Shown: in pieces, positions 9,691 through 19,174 of the stretch
How the letters are laid out: each line of letters starts with the position of its first letter
Numbering within the stretch: the first letter of the stretch is position 1
Assembly (NCBI GenBank): GCA_041750195.1
Contig: JBGSZX010000043.1
Location: forward strand, 77,650 to 141,649
Direction: 5' to 3'
Length of the DNA stretch: 64,000 bases
Source of the DNA: Bdellovibrionota bacterium
Lineage (GTDB): Bacteria; Bdellovibrionota; UBA2428
Notes under the pieces: generated by a model
Databases searched by the model: none
The model's input: only the letters and a program-made list of their open reading frames with translations
Told to the model about the DNA's origin: nothing
Position numbers and translations under genes: made by a program

Positions 9691-10293
9691 ATGTCTAAAC
9701 TTATCTTGATCCGTCACGGCCAATCCCAATACAACCTCGAAAACCGATTCACAGGATGGATCGACAGCCCCCTCACGGAAAAAGGTATTCAAGAAGCGGA
9801 ATCAGCGGGTGACGCTCTTAAGGCCGCTGGCTATCACCCACAAATTGCCTTTACCTCTGCGCTTCAGAGAGCACAAAAAACACTCGATATTATTTTAAAA
9901 AAACTAGATCTCTGCAAGATTCCCATTACAAAAAACGAAGCCTTGAACGAGCGTCACTACGGCGATCTCCAGGGAAAAAACAAAGCCGAAACCGCAGAAG
10001 AATTTGGCGCTGAGCAAGTTCATATTTGGCGAAGAAGTTTTGATGTGCCCCCACCGAATGGTGAAAGCCTCAAGACAACGGCCGAAAGAACGCTCCCGTA
10101 TTTTAATGAAAAAATTATGCCTGAGCTACAGAAAGATCAAACCATCTTAGTCGTAGCTCACGGAAACAGTCTTCGATCTATCGTGATGGAAATCGAAAAT
10201 TTAACACCTGAGCAAATTCTAAAAACCGAAATCGCAACAGGTGAAGCCTGGGTTTATGAATACAAAAACGGTGCGTTTAAAAAATATTGCTAA
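9691..10293 (+). CDS. gpmA: 2,3-bisphosphoglycerate-dependent phosphoglycerate mutase (histidine phosphatase superfamily)
   Basis: N-terminal LILIRHGQSQYNLENRFTGWIDSPLTEKG carries the RHG catalytic motif and is GpmA-like. At 200 aa it is somewhat short for the family. Confidence 0.7.
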   Translation: MSKLILIRHGQSQYNLENRFTGWIDSPLTEKGIQEAESAGDALKAAGYHPQIAFTSALQRAQKTLDIILKKLDLCKIPITKNEALNERHYGDLQGKNKAETAEEFGAEQVHIWRRSFDVPPPNGESLKTTAERTLPYFNEKIMPELQKDQTILVVAHGNSLRSIVMEIENLTPEQILKTEIATGEAWVYEYKNGAFKKYC

Positions 10294-11048
10294 AAACTTT
10301 TTTCAAGTAAAACGCCCAAACTTGGGTTTGCCGCCATAACATCAAGCTGTATAGAAAGCTTCGCAATTAAGTCTATTCTTGCTCCCACAAAAATGTGGTA
10401 CGTTGCCGTGGTATGCGGCCCTACACTGATGCCTGATGCTATCACTTCAGAGTTTGCTGTTGAGTTGCCGACCAAAAATCCTGCACCAAAGTAAGGCTGC
10501 CAAAGAATTAAATCTTTCGTTGCTTGTGCCGCAAATCCCATAACATTTGAAGATAAATCTCCAAACACATTCACATGCGTGAATCTAAAATCCACGCTAA
10601 AGGCCACACCTTTTTCTTCGTCGTTATAAAACGCCCATTGAGTTCCAAATCCATAAGTTTGAATAGCATCAAAAACTCCCCCCAAACCAAGCGAAGCACT
10701 CAATTTGATATGATGAGGAAATTCGGCGCCCAACCAAAACCGAGGAACAGGTGTGATATTGGGAGCCACGGCGCGCTGATCGCCAAGTGACAATATGTCT
10801 CGTTTTAAAACGAAGCCCGTTTCTAGGCCCAAGTTAAATCCCAATGGACCCTCTGGACTTAAAGAGTGTGCTGTCCAAGAGCGATGACTGGAAGGAAAAA
10901 CAATTTTTTCCGTAATATTTTTGACGTCGTCTATACTTAAACTACCCGACAAACTCGCAGCGTGAAGCTTGGCGCTTAAAAAAGACGCCAGAAGAGCAAC
11001 GCTAACAAGAATAAAATTTGAGTGGCATCGTGCTATTATTTTAAGCAT
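10290..11048 (-). CDS. Hypothetical small outer-membrane beta-barrel protein
   Basis: Signal peptide present. Alternating hydrophobic pattern. C-terminal ...LLEKSF ends in an aromatic residue. Its start codon overlaps xerC/D's start divergently. Confidence 0.5.
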   Translation of the reverse strand: MLKIIARCHSNFILVSVALLASFLSAKLHAASLSGSLSIDDVKNITEKIVFPSSHRSWTAHSLSPEGPLGFNLGLETGFVLKRDILSLGDQRAVAPNITPVPRFWLGAEFPHHIKLSASLGLGGVFDAIQTYGFGTQWAFYNDEEKGVAFSVDFRFTHVNVFGDLSSNVMGFAAQATKDLILWQPYFGAGFLVGNSTANSEVIASGISVGPHTTATYHIFVGARIDLIAKLSIQLDVMAANPSLGVLLEKSF

Positions 11049-11964
11049 GAAGCCTAGCTTAGCATCGACTCAATCGCAGAAGCAAAGTCTAGAGCCTTTC
11101 CTCTTAAAAATTATTGACGACTTTTACTCACAGCTTAAGATTCACAAAAACCGAAGCCCTCATACTTGCAGGTCATACGTGCAACATTCAAAAACTTTGC
11201 TCGAAGACCTTAGCCTCCTCCACGATTCCAAAAAAGAAATCGAGGCCCCATCATTGCTCAAAATTCTCACCAAACAGAATCTAAGCCTACATCTGCAAAA
11301 TTGTGGGCCGTCACTAGATGCGTCGTCCATGGCACAAAAAATCAGCGCGCTAAATACTTTTCTTCGCTTTTTGCAGACTCAGTTACCCGGTCTTGATGCC
11401 AACAGATTGCAGATCTCCCGGCCAAAAGTTCCCGTTCGAAGCCCAAAAATTTTGACGGAAGACCAAATTCGCTTTTTACGCGCACAGATTGAAGAATCAT
11501 GCCCTTCCGATGAAGCCCTCTTGTTTGAGCTGCTATATGGATCTGCCTTACGGATATCCGAATGTTTAGACCTAAATCTTAGCCACGTAGACCTTCAGCA
11601 AAAGAATGTTCGCATACTCGGAAAAGGCCGCAAGCGCCGCCTTGTTCCGATCACAACGCGTGCCGTTAAGCTTATAAAAAAAATAGGAAAATCATCTGGA
11701 AGCCCCTGGAATGGCAGACCAGATGTTCGCACGCTTCGGAGGCTCTGCAGCCGCTGGGCCAACCTCCTCCCCGAAAGTGATTTGAATATTCACCCGCACC
11801 TTTTAAGACACAGCCTTGCCAGTCACCTACTCAAAAGAGGACTCAAACTACCCGAAATTCAGAAGCTTCTTGGGCACAGCAAGCTATCAACGACTCAACG
11901 TTATACGCATTTAGACTTGGCTGACCTCATCAAAAACTACGACCAGAGTCTCCCCGTCAAATAG
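11047..11964 (+). CDS. Tyrosine site-specific recombinase of the XerC/XerD type
   Basis: The C-terminal catalytic region HPHLLRHSLASHLLKRGLKLPEIQKLLGHSKLSTTQRYTHL has the HxxR...Y signature with RISECLDL and a GKGRKRR box. The ORF track starts at 10969, but the ATG at 11047 avoids an 80-bp overlap with the divergent gene. Confidence 0.75.
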   Translation: MKPSLASTQSQKQSLEPFLLKIIDDFYSQLKIHKNRSPHTCRSYVQHSKTLLEDLSLLHDSKKEIEAPSLLKILTKQNLSLHLQNCGPSLDASSMAQKISALNTFLRFLQTQLPGLDANRLQISRPKVPVRSPKILTEDQIRFLRAQIEESCPSDEALLFELLYGSALRISECLDLNLSHVDLQQKNVRILGKGRKRRLVPITTRAVKLIKKIGKSSGSPWNGRPDVRTLRRLCSRWANLLPESDLNIHPHLLRHSLASHLLKRGLKLPEIQKLLGHSKLSTTQRYTHLDLADLIKNYDQSLPVK

Positions 11965-12038
11965 CTTCCCAAGTAACTAACGATGATTCTGATAATTCAT
12001 TGAAGAAAACCCGAAAATCATGTGATAATCCATAGATA

Positions 12039-12887
12039 ATGTTGACGCTAGAATTGTTTCCATTGGCGACCCTTACAACACTTTTGATTATCGGTGGGCC
12101 GGTCACACTGATCATTCTTATTAGGGCACTAAATTATTATCTCGGCAATATTTGGGTAAAGCCTGTCGCAACAGGGCTCCCCGCTGAAGACAGTGCCCCC
12201 TTAGGTCTTGTCATCAGATGGGATAACGACACTTTTGATTATAAAGTCTGCCGAATTCGTTTGGAATATGTTGAAGTCTTCCGAGGCGGACGCTCTTTGT
12301 CGACAACGTTTACCTTCGAAGACAAACAAGCCAAAAAACGAAGCTTTGTTCTTCCTCTAAAACTTATTGATAATGAACTCAAACTCCTGACTCATGCCGA
12401 AAACATCAAAGAAATGAAAAGCAGCTCTGTCATTGTTGAAGTCGAAACGACTGACGGCCGAACAGTTAGACGAAAAATAGCAAAACGCAAACTCATGGAA
12501 GCCATGGCAGCACCGGCTACCAACGCAAAAAAAGAAGAGTTGGATTTAGCGCCGCCTAAAGAATCTGATGCTTGGTCTGTGCATTCAAGAGTTTTCCCTT
12601 GGAGAAAAGTGGTTGAAGTTGATGCCGGGGCAAAAAAAGCCGGTGGGCCAGCAGCCAGCTCCTCAGCTCCACAAGTTTTCGATTTCCTTATTAAGAGAGT
12701 TTGGATTGAACCAGGCTGCATTGTCTGTGATGCCTGCGAAAACGAAGCCCCGGATGTGTTTCAAGTTTTAGAAGACACGTGCATTGTTCGCGAAGGAGCA
12801 CCCCTAGCAAACACGGGCTCCATTGTGGCCGCCGCAGAAGGCTGTCCTGTTGATGTTATTAAATACGACACGGCTCCGAAAGCTTAA
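12039..12887 (+). CDS. Hypothetical membrane-anchored protein with a C-terminal single-cluster 4Fe-4S ferredoxin-like motif
   Basis: One N-terminal transmembrane helix (LATLTTLLIIGGPVTLIILI). The C-terminus has CIVCDACENEAP...EGCPVDVIKYD, a CxxCxxC...CP pattern. Confidence 0.55.
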   Translation: MLTLELFPLATLTTLLIIGGPVTLIILIRALNYYLGNIWVKPVATGLPAEDSAPLGLVIRWDNDTFDYKVCRIRLEYVEVFRGGRSLSTTFTFEDKQAKKRSFVLPLKLIDNELKLLTHAENIKEMKSSSVIVEVETTDGRTVRRKIAKRKLMEAMAAPATNAKKEELDLAPPKESDAWSVHSRVFPWRKVVEVDAGAKKAGGPAASSSAPQVFDFLIKRVWIEPGCIVCDACENEAPDVFQVLEDTCIVREGAPLANTGSIVAAAEGCPVDVIKYDTAPKA

Positions 12888-12920
12888 ACCTGCGACTGTC
12901 TATCCAACTATCCATCCGAA

Positions 12921-13547
12921 CTATAGCAGTCCCTCGGCCTCAAGAAGTGATCTTTTTAATTGAGGCCCATTTGTAAACTGGGATCCACCGTATTTTCCAA
13001 CATCGACGCCCATACCTTTGCGCACTCTAGAAACTGCAACTTTATTTACTGAAGCCTTCGGCAAGACACGATGACAAGGAAAGATAACGGGCCATGGATT
13101 TGTGGCCATGACACTGGCAACGGCACGCACCGCTTTTTCGTGCTTAGATTTTTTTGCAAGAGCGCTGTAATCAAGCACCCTACAAGGGTTTTGACTAAAC
13201 TTTAGAAGTCCTAACAAAATATCTTTTTGGAATTGCGATTTAAACGGACCCAAAAGAAGATTCTTCTTCCATAATTGAAACGTCGTCTGGTTAGCACGCT
13301 CTAAGACCGCCTGCCCGATGACCGCATGCTCTGGCTTGTCAGTAGAAATGATTTCGAGCGACGTCACCAACCTACCTGTCTTTAACAGCAATTCATTAGA
13401 CAAAAAGGTCACGCCTTCTAAGCTAAAATATTTAGGATTTATTGTTGCGCCGTCTTTTAAGAAATCTAAGATATTGCCTGATTCAGAAATCACGCTGAAA
13501 TCAATCTTACGCCCCATAAAGCTTCCACTTAAATTTTGAGTTTTCAC
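12921..13547 (-). CDS. ogt: Methylated-DNA--protein-cysteine methyltransferase
   Basis: Active-site PCHRV motif (VIFPCHRVL) preceded by NP...AVRAVASVMATNPWP. The length is right for the family. Confidence 0.8.
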   Translation of the reverse strand: MKTQNLSGSFMGRKIDFSVISESGNILDFLKDGATINPKYFSLEGVTFLSNELLLKTGRLVTSLEIISTDKPEHAVIGQAVLERANQTTFQLWKKNLLLGPFKSQFQKDILLGLLKFSQNPCRVLDYSALAKKSKHEKAVRAVASVMATNPWPVIFPCHRVLPKASVNKVAVSRVRKGMGVDVGKYGGSQFTNGPQLKRSLLEAEGLL

Positions 13548-13612
13548 CGCTTATCATCTAGCAAAAAGCCACCCCCCTTGCCAGCCCGATTTACCCCGCC
13601 TATAGACAACCG

Positions 13613-14497
13613 ATGGCAACCCACGAGCAAACTTTGTTTTATGCCTTAGGTGCCAACCTCTCATTTGCCTTCGCCTGCCTTATTTTTACAGAATATAGCC
13701 GCAAAGTTTCTAGTCTGTGGATGAATGCCTTTAAGGCGACTGTAGCCTTCTGCGCATTCGGACTAGCAGCCCTTCTTGGCGGAGGCTTGTCCTCAATTGG
13801 AACACCCGCCTTCTTTTCGCTTTTTGCCAGTGGTTTTTTAGGACTCGCCATTGGAGATTTGTTTTTACTTAAAGCCTTTTCAATTATTGGAGCCAGTAGA
13901 ACGCTAGTGCTCTTTGCTTTTCAACCTCTTATCCTAGGAACTTTTTCATTCTATATATTCAATCAAGCCATCGACCTTCAAAAATTCTGGGGGCTATTAT
14001 TTTTCCTAGCTTGTTTGTTCATTTTTAGCCTTGAGGCTAAAAAAACAAAAGGAACCTGGGAATTCAAAGGATTGCTATGGGCCCTAGCGGGAGTGACCCT
14101 TGATGCCATCGGCGTTCTCATGACAAGGTGGTCGTTTGATCGAACCCCTGAAATGAACAGCATCTCGGCAAATTTTTATAGAACCATCGGATGCATCGTC
14201 GCCTTTTTCCTGATCTCAAAATTTTATAGGCCCTTAGAGCTATGGCATAAGTTTAGAGATTGGTCGCCAAAAATTAAACTTCTCATTCTAAGCGGTTGTG
14301 TCTTTGGAACATTCTTGTCTCTTTTACTTTATCTTAAAGCCCTTCAATTTGGGCATCTTGCGACAGTATCTGGAATTGCGATTACCTCGCCGCTTTTTGC
14401 AACACTGTTCGAGTCAATCTGGGAAAAGCGTTGGCCGACCAAATATCTCTGGGCAGCACTCGTGAGTTTTTCGATAGGTTTTTACATCGTTCTATAG
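13613..14497 (+). CDS. EamA/DMT superfamily transporter
   Basis: About ten predicted transmembrane helices in two repeated halves. 294 aa. Confidence 0.65.
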   Translation: MATHEQTLFYALGANLSFAFACLIFTEYSRKVSSLWMNAFKATVAFCAFGLAALLGGGLSSIGTPAFFSLFASGFLGLAIGDLFLLKAFSIIGASRTLVLFAFQPLILGTFSFYIFNQAIDLQKFWGLLFFLACLFIFSLEAKKTKGTWEFKGLLWALAGVTLDAIGVLMTRWSFDRTPEMNSISANFYRTIGCIVAFFLISKFYRPLELWHKFRDWSPKIKLLILSGCVFGTFLSLLLYLKALQFGHLATVSGIAITSPLFATLFESIWEKRWPTKYLWAALVSFSIGFYIVL

Positions 14498-14531
14498 TTC
14501 GCGATACATGGATAAAAATTTAAAAAACATA

Positions 14532-15890
14532 TTAGTTTTTTAAATTCGTGATCTCACCGTCGTCACACTGATAAGAAAACTTGGTTTCCACAGGATTATT
14601 TTGAGAATCAATGATCTGATGCTGAACCTGCAACGGCTTCATGACCTTTTTTGGAAATCCATTTACCTTAAAGCATCTTGATTCACGCTTTATGTAGCTC
14701 GCGACCGTACTATTTTTATCTAAAAGATTGTTTGAGTTAACACCTGGGTTGTTTGTAAGAATCATTTTAGAGGGTGAAAGCTTGACTATTTGATTGTCAA
14801 TGACAGCGTTAGACCTAACATAGTCCAAGTCAGAGCCGCTACTACCGAAGCTTTTCCCCTTGTCGAGGTCACAATAGCCTCTATTTCCGTTTCTTGATCC
14901 CAAATATACCGAGGGATAGTTAACAGTCACAAGCTTTGGAATTTTTACTGTTATCCCAAAAACTTTTTTTGTTTCAACGATCCACTCTTTTTTTGTTCCA
15001 TCAAATTTATCATAATAAAAATAGTTGTTAGAAACTAAATTTGATTGAGGGGATTGATGCCGGATGGTCCCACCCTCCCCGCAGTTGCGATACAAATAAA
15101 CCCCACCGTTATGCAAACTTGAAAATTTATTGTTCGCAATAACGTTATTGGCAGATCCATCAACGGCAATTAGCTCGCGTTTGCTAGAGTTTGCATGAAT
15201 GCGATTGTTCTTGATCACATTATATCCAGATTCCGTATCCAAATATATATTTACGCTATCAGTACTTCCCTCAATGAGTGAATTCAAAAGACTGACTCGC
15301 GTCGTCCCCGGACTAACATATAGAGGAATGCCACCTGCCGCAATAAGATGCAACTTGTTGAGAGTAATTCGTGTAGGTGCTGCATCCTGAGCTCTTTTGG
15401 TGTGCCCCTTGGATTGAGAAGATTTTTTAACTTCAAGTGCCTCACCATTTGCACCCATCCCCTGAACTCGTATACCGCCCTTTATGCTACAATCTCTAAT
15501 TGTTATGTCAGAGGGGCGATCCCAAACATTGCCGGCTCCCTTGATTGATGTAATCAGAATCGCCTGCGGACGATTGGCTACAATAATATTTCCGCCATTA
15601 CAATCTATGGTAACTCCCGACGCCTCGGAGCCCTTTAGAATAATTCGCTTCCTAACAACATCTGATGATCTTAATTTAAGATCACAGGACAAAGAGACAT
15701 CTTTTTTCCCGTCAACGGCCGGGTCCATTAGCACTTTTTGCAAGACGCTATCGCTGCACTCTTCCGCCCGTGCTTCTGCGACGAGCCCAATTGGCGTCAA
15801 CACAGCGCTCATTAAGAAAGTAAAAGTGATTGAAAATATTTTTTTTGAATTCATTTGCGTACCCTTTACCAGTGCAGCCTCTGGGACCAC
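14532..15890 (-). CDS. Secreted right-handed parallel beta-helix (pectate-lyase-fold) repeat protein
   Basis: Signal peptide present. Repeated Asn-ladder segments (NNRIHANSS, IANNKFSS, VSNNYFYY) are typical of beta-helix repeats. Confidence 0.55.
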   Translation of the reverse strand: MVPEAALVKGTQMNSKKIFSITFTFLMSAVLTPIGLVAEARAEECSDSVLQKVLMDPAVDGKKDVSLSCDLKLRSSDVVRKRIILKGSEASGVTIDCNGGNIIVANRPQAILITSIKGAGNVWDRPSDITIRDCSIKGGIRVQGMGANGEALEVKKSSQSKGHTKRAQDAAPTRITLNKLHLIAAGGIPLYVSPGTTRVSLLNSLIEGSTDSVNIYLDTESGYNVIKNNRIHANSSKRELIAVDGSANNVIANNKFSSLHNGGVYLYRNCGEGGTIRHQSPQSNLVSNNYFYYDKFDGTKKEWIVETKKVFGITVKIPKLVTVNYPSVYLGSRNGNRGYCDLDKGKSFGSSGSDLDYVRSNAVIDNQIVKLSPSKMILTNNPGVNSNNLLDKNSTVASYIKRESRCFKVNGFPKKVMKPLQVQHQIIDSQNNPVETKFSYQCDDGEITNLKN

Positions 15891-16048
15891 AATCTAGTCA
15901 CATGCTCAGACAGCGAGACATGCTACGACGTACAGCAAATATTAAAACGTGCTAAACCTACAAATGAGATTTTACTTCATATCGCCGAAGCGATTCAATA
16001 CAAAAAAAATATCGGTATCATTCCAGATAGATACGCCCTTAACTCCCC

Positions 16049-17005
16049 CTAAAATCGTGTTCCAATGTAAGCAAAACTAAACATTGAGACGAAGTCTAAA
16101 GTTACACTATCAACCGAAAAATATGTCGTATCTGTGACTACTGAAATCGCACCAAAGTATTTTTCACCACTAAACCCAATACCAACTCGACCTGAGCCCT
16201 TACTACTAAAAGATAATTTTTGATCGTCGCCGTAGTCACGTGTAGAGTATTTTTGAAATTGTGGGCCCACTGCCACGATGGCAGACAGGTGAAGATACCA
16301 TGGACCCCCTAAGACAAAATTGTATCCATAACCTCCGCCAAACGCGATGGTGCTAAACTCTGCATCCTTGATATTTCCAAGAGTTCCATACTCTGTTTCA
16401 AAACCTGCCGGTGCCAGTACCGCATCACTCGAAATATTTTGTTTGCTCACTCCCCCCAAGAGCATCCAACTCCCCCCGGAAGTTGTTTGAATAGCGGTTC
16501 CATTTCCGGTAGCTACTAATGACATGCGTTCTGGGTGATACACATAAAAGATATTGGCACCCAAATAGCCTGACTTTAAATCGTTACGAAGCAAGGCTGT
16601 CTCAAACCCTGTAATGACAGTGGGCCCCTTAACATGATAGCCCGTAAAATCTTGCCAATAGAAATCGACTCCCCATTTTCCCAGGTAGGAATGAAGTTGA
16701 AAATCAAAATATTCGGTTTCGCCATAGATTAAGGGATCATCTTGGTGCGAAGTTTCGGCCAAAGAAACGTAAAAGCCCCACCAACTGTAATCGACTCCAA
16801 CACCTACTTTGGGCGCTGGATTTTGTTCGTATTCAAAATCTGGATTTGCACCAGAGGGAATATCGGCCTGGATGGCCAAGGGAATGGAGGGAAGAGTGGT
16901 TCCGATTCTCACACTTACTTTTCCAGGAAGTTCCTTTACTCTTTCACCTGCCTTTGCCAGCAGACTTCCCAGAAATAGCGCTGCACAAAAAATTTTACCC
17001 CTCAT
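16049..17005 (-). CDS. Hypothetical outer-membrane beta-barrel protein
   Basis: Signal peptide present. Gly/aromatic-rich amphipathic strands. C-terminal ...YIGTRF ends in Phe. Confidence 0.5.
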   Translation of the reverse strand: MRGKIFCAALFLGSLLAKAGERVKELPGKVSVRIGTTLPSIPLAIQADIPSGANPDFEYEQNPAPKVGVGVDYSWWGFYVSLAETSHQDDPLIYGETEYFDFQLHSYLGKWGVDFYWQDFTGYHVKGPTVITGFETALLRNDLKSGYLGANIFYVYHPERMSLVATGNGTAIQTTSGGSWMLLGGVSKQNISSDAVLAPAGFETEYGTLGNIKDAEFSTIAFGGGYGYNFVLGGPWYLHLSAIVAVGPQFQKYSTRDYGDDQKLSFSSKGSGRVGIGFSGEKYFGAISVVTDTTYFSVDSVTLDFVSMFSFAYIGTRF

Positions 17006-17766
17006 TAAAACCGCCTCACATAACCCACACTAAAACTTGCGTTTTCAATTTTTGCCAATCCCTTTGGGAAAAAATAAAATGAACTTTGTTCAGACTTTTC
17101 TTTGCCAGATTTTGCCTCGCTCTTTCGTCCCTGTGCCAAACTCCATTCTCCAACCCAATAACCGATGGCTCCGCCGATTAAAACATCACTCAACCAATGC
17201 TTCCCCTCGTACATTCGTGCATAGGCCGTCATCCCGGCTGACCCGTATAAGAAAATGCTAACTGCAACATTGTCAGCCCAATGTGACAAAACTCTCGCCA
17301 TGGCAAACGCTGAAGCCGTATGCCCCGATGGAAAAGAATTCCAATTAGAGTCGGTAAATGAAAAGGGCCTAAACGTATAGGCCCCATCGTTTAAATAGGG
17401 ACGTGCTCTTCCAACCAAAGTTTTTCCCGTCCAAACAACAAGAGTCGACGCGGCAAAAGCTCGAGTCGCATCTCGCCACATTGCCAGCTGAGGTGAAAAC
17501 TCTTTTCCAGAATCGCCTTGGCTCGCCTGCAGAGAAAACAATGCATAAGGGAATAGACCCAATGCAGGCGCTACAAAGCCACCAAACCTTTCACCATAGA
17601 CACTTATATGCCCTAAGGTAGCATTTTTTGAATTTTGTATTTTTTCGTGAATACCCTGGTCAAAAGCAAAACAATTTCCGACAAAAAATGCGGCTACAAA
17701 AAAAATGCTGCGTAAAAATTTTAACAAAGATTTGAAATATCTGAAAGACATTGGCTCACCAAGCAA
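17005..17766 (-). CDS. PAP2 family phosphatase (type 2 phosphatidic acid phosphatase fold)
   Basis: All three PAP2 motifs are present: KxxxxxxRP (GRARPYL), PSGH (FPSGHTASAF) and SRxxxxxHxxxD (ARMYEGKHWLSDVLIGG). Confidence 0.75.
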   Translation of the reverse strand: MLGEPMSFRYFKSLLKFLRSIFFVAAFFVGNCFAFDQGIHEKIQNSKNATLGHISVYGERFGGFVAPALGLFPYALFSLQASQGDSGKEFSPQLAMWRDATRAFAASTLVVWTGKTLVGRARPYLNDGAYTFRPFSFTDSNWNSFPSGHTASAFAMARVLSHWADNVAVSIFLYGSAGMTAYARMYEGKHWLSDVLIGGAIGYWVGEWSLAQGRKSEAKSGKEKSEQSSFYFFPKGLAKIENASFSVGYVRRF

Positions 17767-18496
17767 CGCCTAGGCCAAGATGTCCATGCATAGAGGCTTG
17801 CAAAACTCTAGCGCGCCCACCAACGATTGGAACGATAGCTTTGGTCAACATGAAGCGGAGGTCTGCATTGGCAAAAATATTTCTCCACAAAAATTGTCTC
17901 GCCTCGACACCGGTATGCATACCGGCACCAACGAGTGAATATCTCTTTCCAGTTGGCCACGTTATGGGCTCGTTAGGAAGCGTCAATCCATTTACTGTAT
18001 TAACGGGATGAACCACCACGGGCCCCACTCCGAAATAAAAATTTAACCAAGGCAGTAGACTCGCACCGACGGAAAATGGAATTAGATTGTATCCGAATGT
18101 CATACGGAATTCGCTAACGGCCGCCGGCAAATTATTGAGCCAAACTTTGTGATGCAAAAGTTCAATGCCCCACCACATATCGTTTAAGCCCCAAAAACTG
18201 CTATCCATTGCTCTTCGATATCTAATATCGTAATAAGGTGCCGCCCCCGGTCCAAAGGGACGGGTGGAATACTTGGCCGTAAGTTTTTCCTGATAAGCAC
18301 CCTGCTCAAACTTAAGGGGCATGTTAAAGTTTTGTGCGCCGCCGCTCTGAATATCAAAAGCGTTTTTCGAGCCGCCAAAGGCACTGGCAATTGCAATATC
18401 AGATATTGTGGCCCCAAAGATCATAAAACCAAACATAAGCCAAAAGTGAGACACCGAAGCTTGTCTATGCGAAGGCGAACAAAAGTTGTGATTCAT
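17756..18496 (-). CDS. Hypothetical exported protein, possibly an OM beta-barrel
   Basis: N-terminal hydrophobic segment. C-terminal aromatic ...LGLGVAW. 14-bp tandem repeats lie just upstream of it. Confidence 0.45.
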   Translation of the reverse strand: MNHNFCSPSHRQASVSHFWLMFGFMIFGATISDIAIASAFGGSKNAFDIQSGGAQNFNMPLKFEQGAYQEKLTAKYSTRPFGPGAAPYYDIRYRRAMDSSFWGLNDMWWGIELLHHKVWLNNLPAAVSEFRMTFGYNLIPFSVGASLLPWLNFYFGVGPVVVHPVNTVNGLTLPNEPITWPTGKRYSLVGAGMHTGVEARQFLWRNIFANADLRFMLTKAIVPIVGGRARVLQASMHGHLGLGVAW

Positions 18497-18579
18497 AGGT
18501 CGCCTAAGCTAGAAAAAGAATTGCAAATGCGCAATCCAAGAGATCAATGAATTGCGTCTTTAAATTTTTTTGAATTACC

Positions 18580-18634
18580 GGAGTAAACTAACGGAGCTAA
18601 ACTACTGGAGCTAAACTACTGGGGCTAAACTACT
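18580..18634. repeat. 14-bp tandem repeat array (about 4 copies of ggagctaaactact) at the smg 3' end, upstream of the 17756-18496 gene
   Basis: ggagtaaactaac ggagctaaactact ggagctaaactact ggggctaaactact read directly. The last unit overlaps the smg stop codon. Confidence 0.8.
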
Positions 18635-19094
18635 GAAGAACAGTCGTGCTCGACTGCAGCCATTCTCGCCATTCAGCCTGCATCCTTGCAAAAACCGTCA
18701 AAGCTGCAATACGGCGAATTGAGCGAGGACTAACTTCCGGCCCAGACAACGCCATCGCTCGTTCAATGATTTCTTCCACAGTTAGCTGATCAATCACCCC
18801 TCGAGTATGGAGCCCAATAATAACTCCATGTGCTTCAGGAGTTATTTTCATCGCCTCAATGCGGCTAAGAACACGTAAAGATGGAGACAATTGTGTCTCA
18901 AGAGATCGTTTTCTTGATAAACCCTCAGCCAATGTTTTTTCTTCTATCCATCTGAAAGCTTCTTTAATTTCGGTGCTCGAAAATCCTTGGTCTACCAAGG
19001 CATCATTTAAATCGTCTTGTTCAAAACTTTCGTCCTCAACATCTGCAAAATATTGGCCAATGAAACCCACGGCGTCTAATACTCTTGTATCCAC
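18630..19094 (-). CDS. smg: Smg-like protein (DUF494)
   Basis: 154 aa, acidic. Located immediately downstream of dprA, as smg is with smf in enterobacteria. The architecture is similar; this is not verified by search. Confidence 0.45.
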   Translation of the reverse strand: MDTRVLDAVGFIGQYFADVEDESFEQDDLNDALVDQGFSSTEIKEAFRWIEEKTLAEGLSRKRSLETQLSPSLRVLSRIEAMKITPEAHGVIIGLHTRGVIDQLTVEEIIERAMALSGPEVSPRSIRRIAALTVFARMQAEWREWLQSSTTVLQ

Positions 19095-19174
19095 TGATGC
19101 CCCCTTTCAATAGGTTGCTAGTTTCCGAACACCCTAAGCAAAGCCTATAGGTTTTCGGAGTCATACACCCCTAC

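Noticed and set aside
15484-15897. 137-aa plus-strand ORF, plus the smaller ORFs at 15199-15548
   Set aside because: They are antisense to the beta-helix protein gene, whose repeat structure supports the minus-strand frame.
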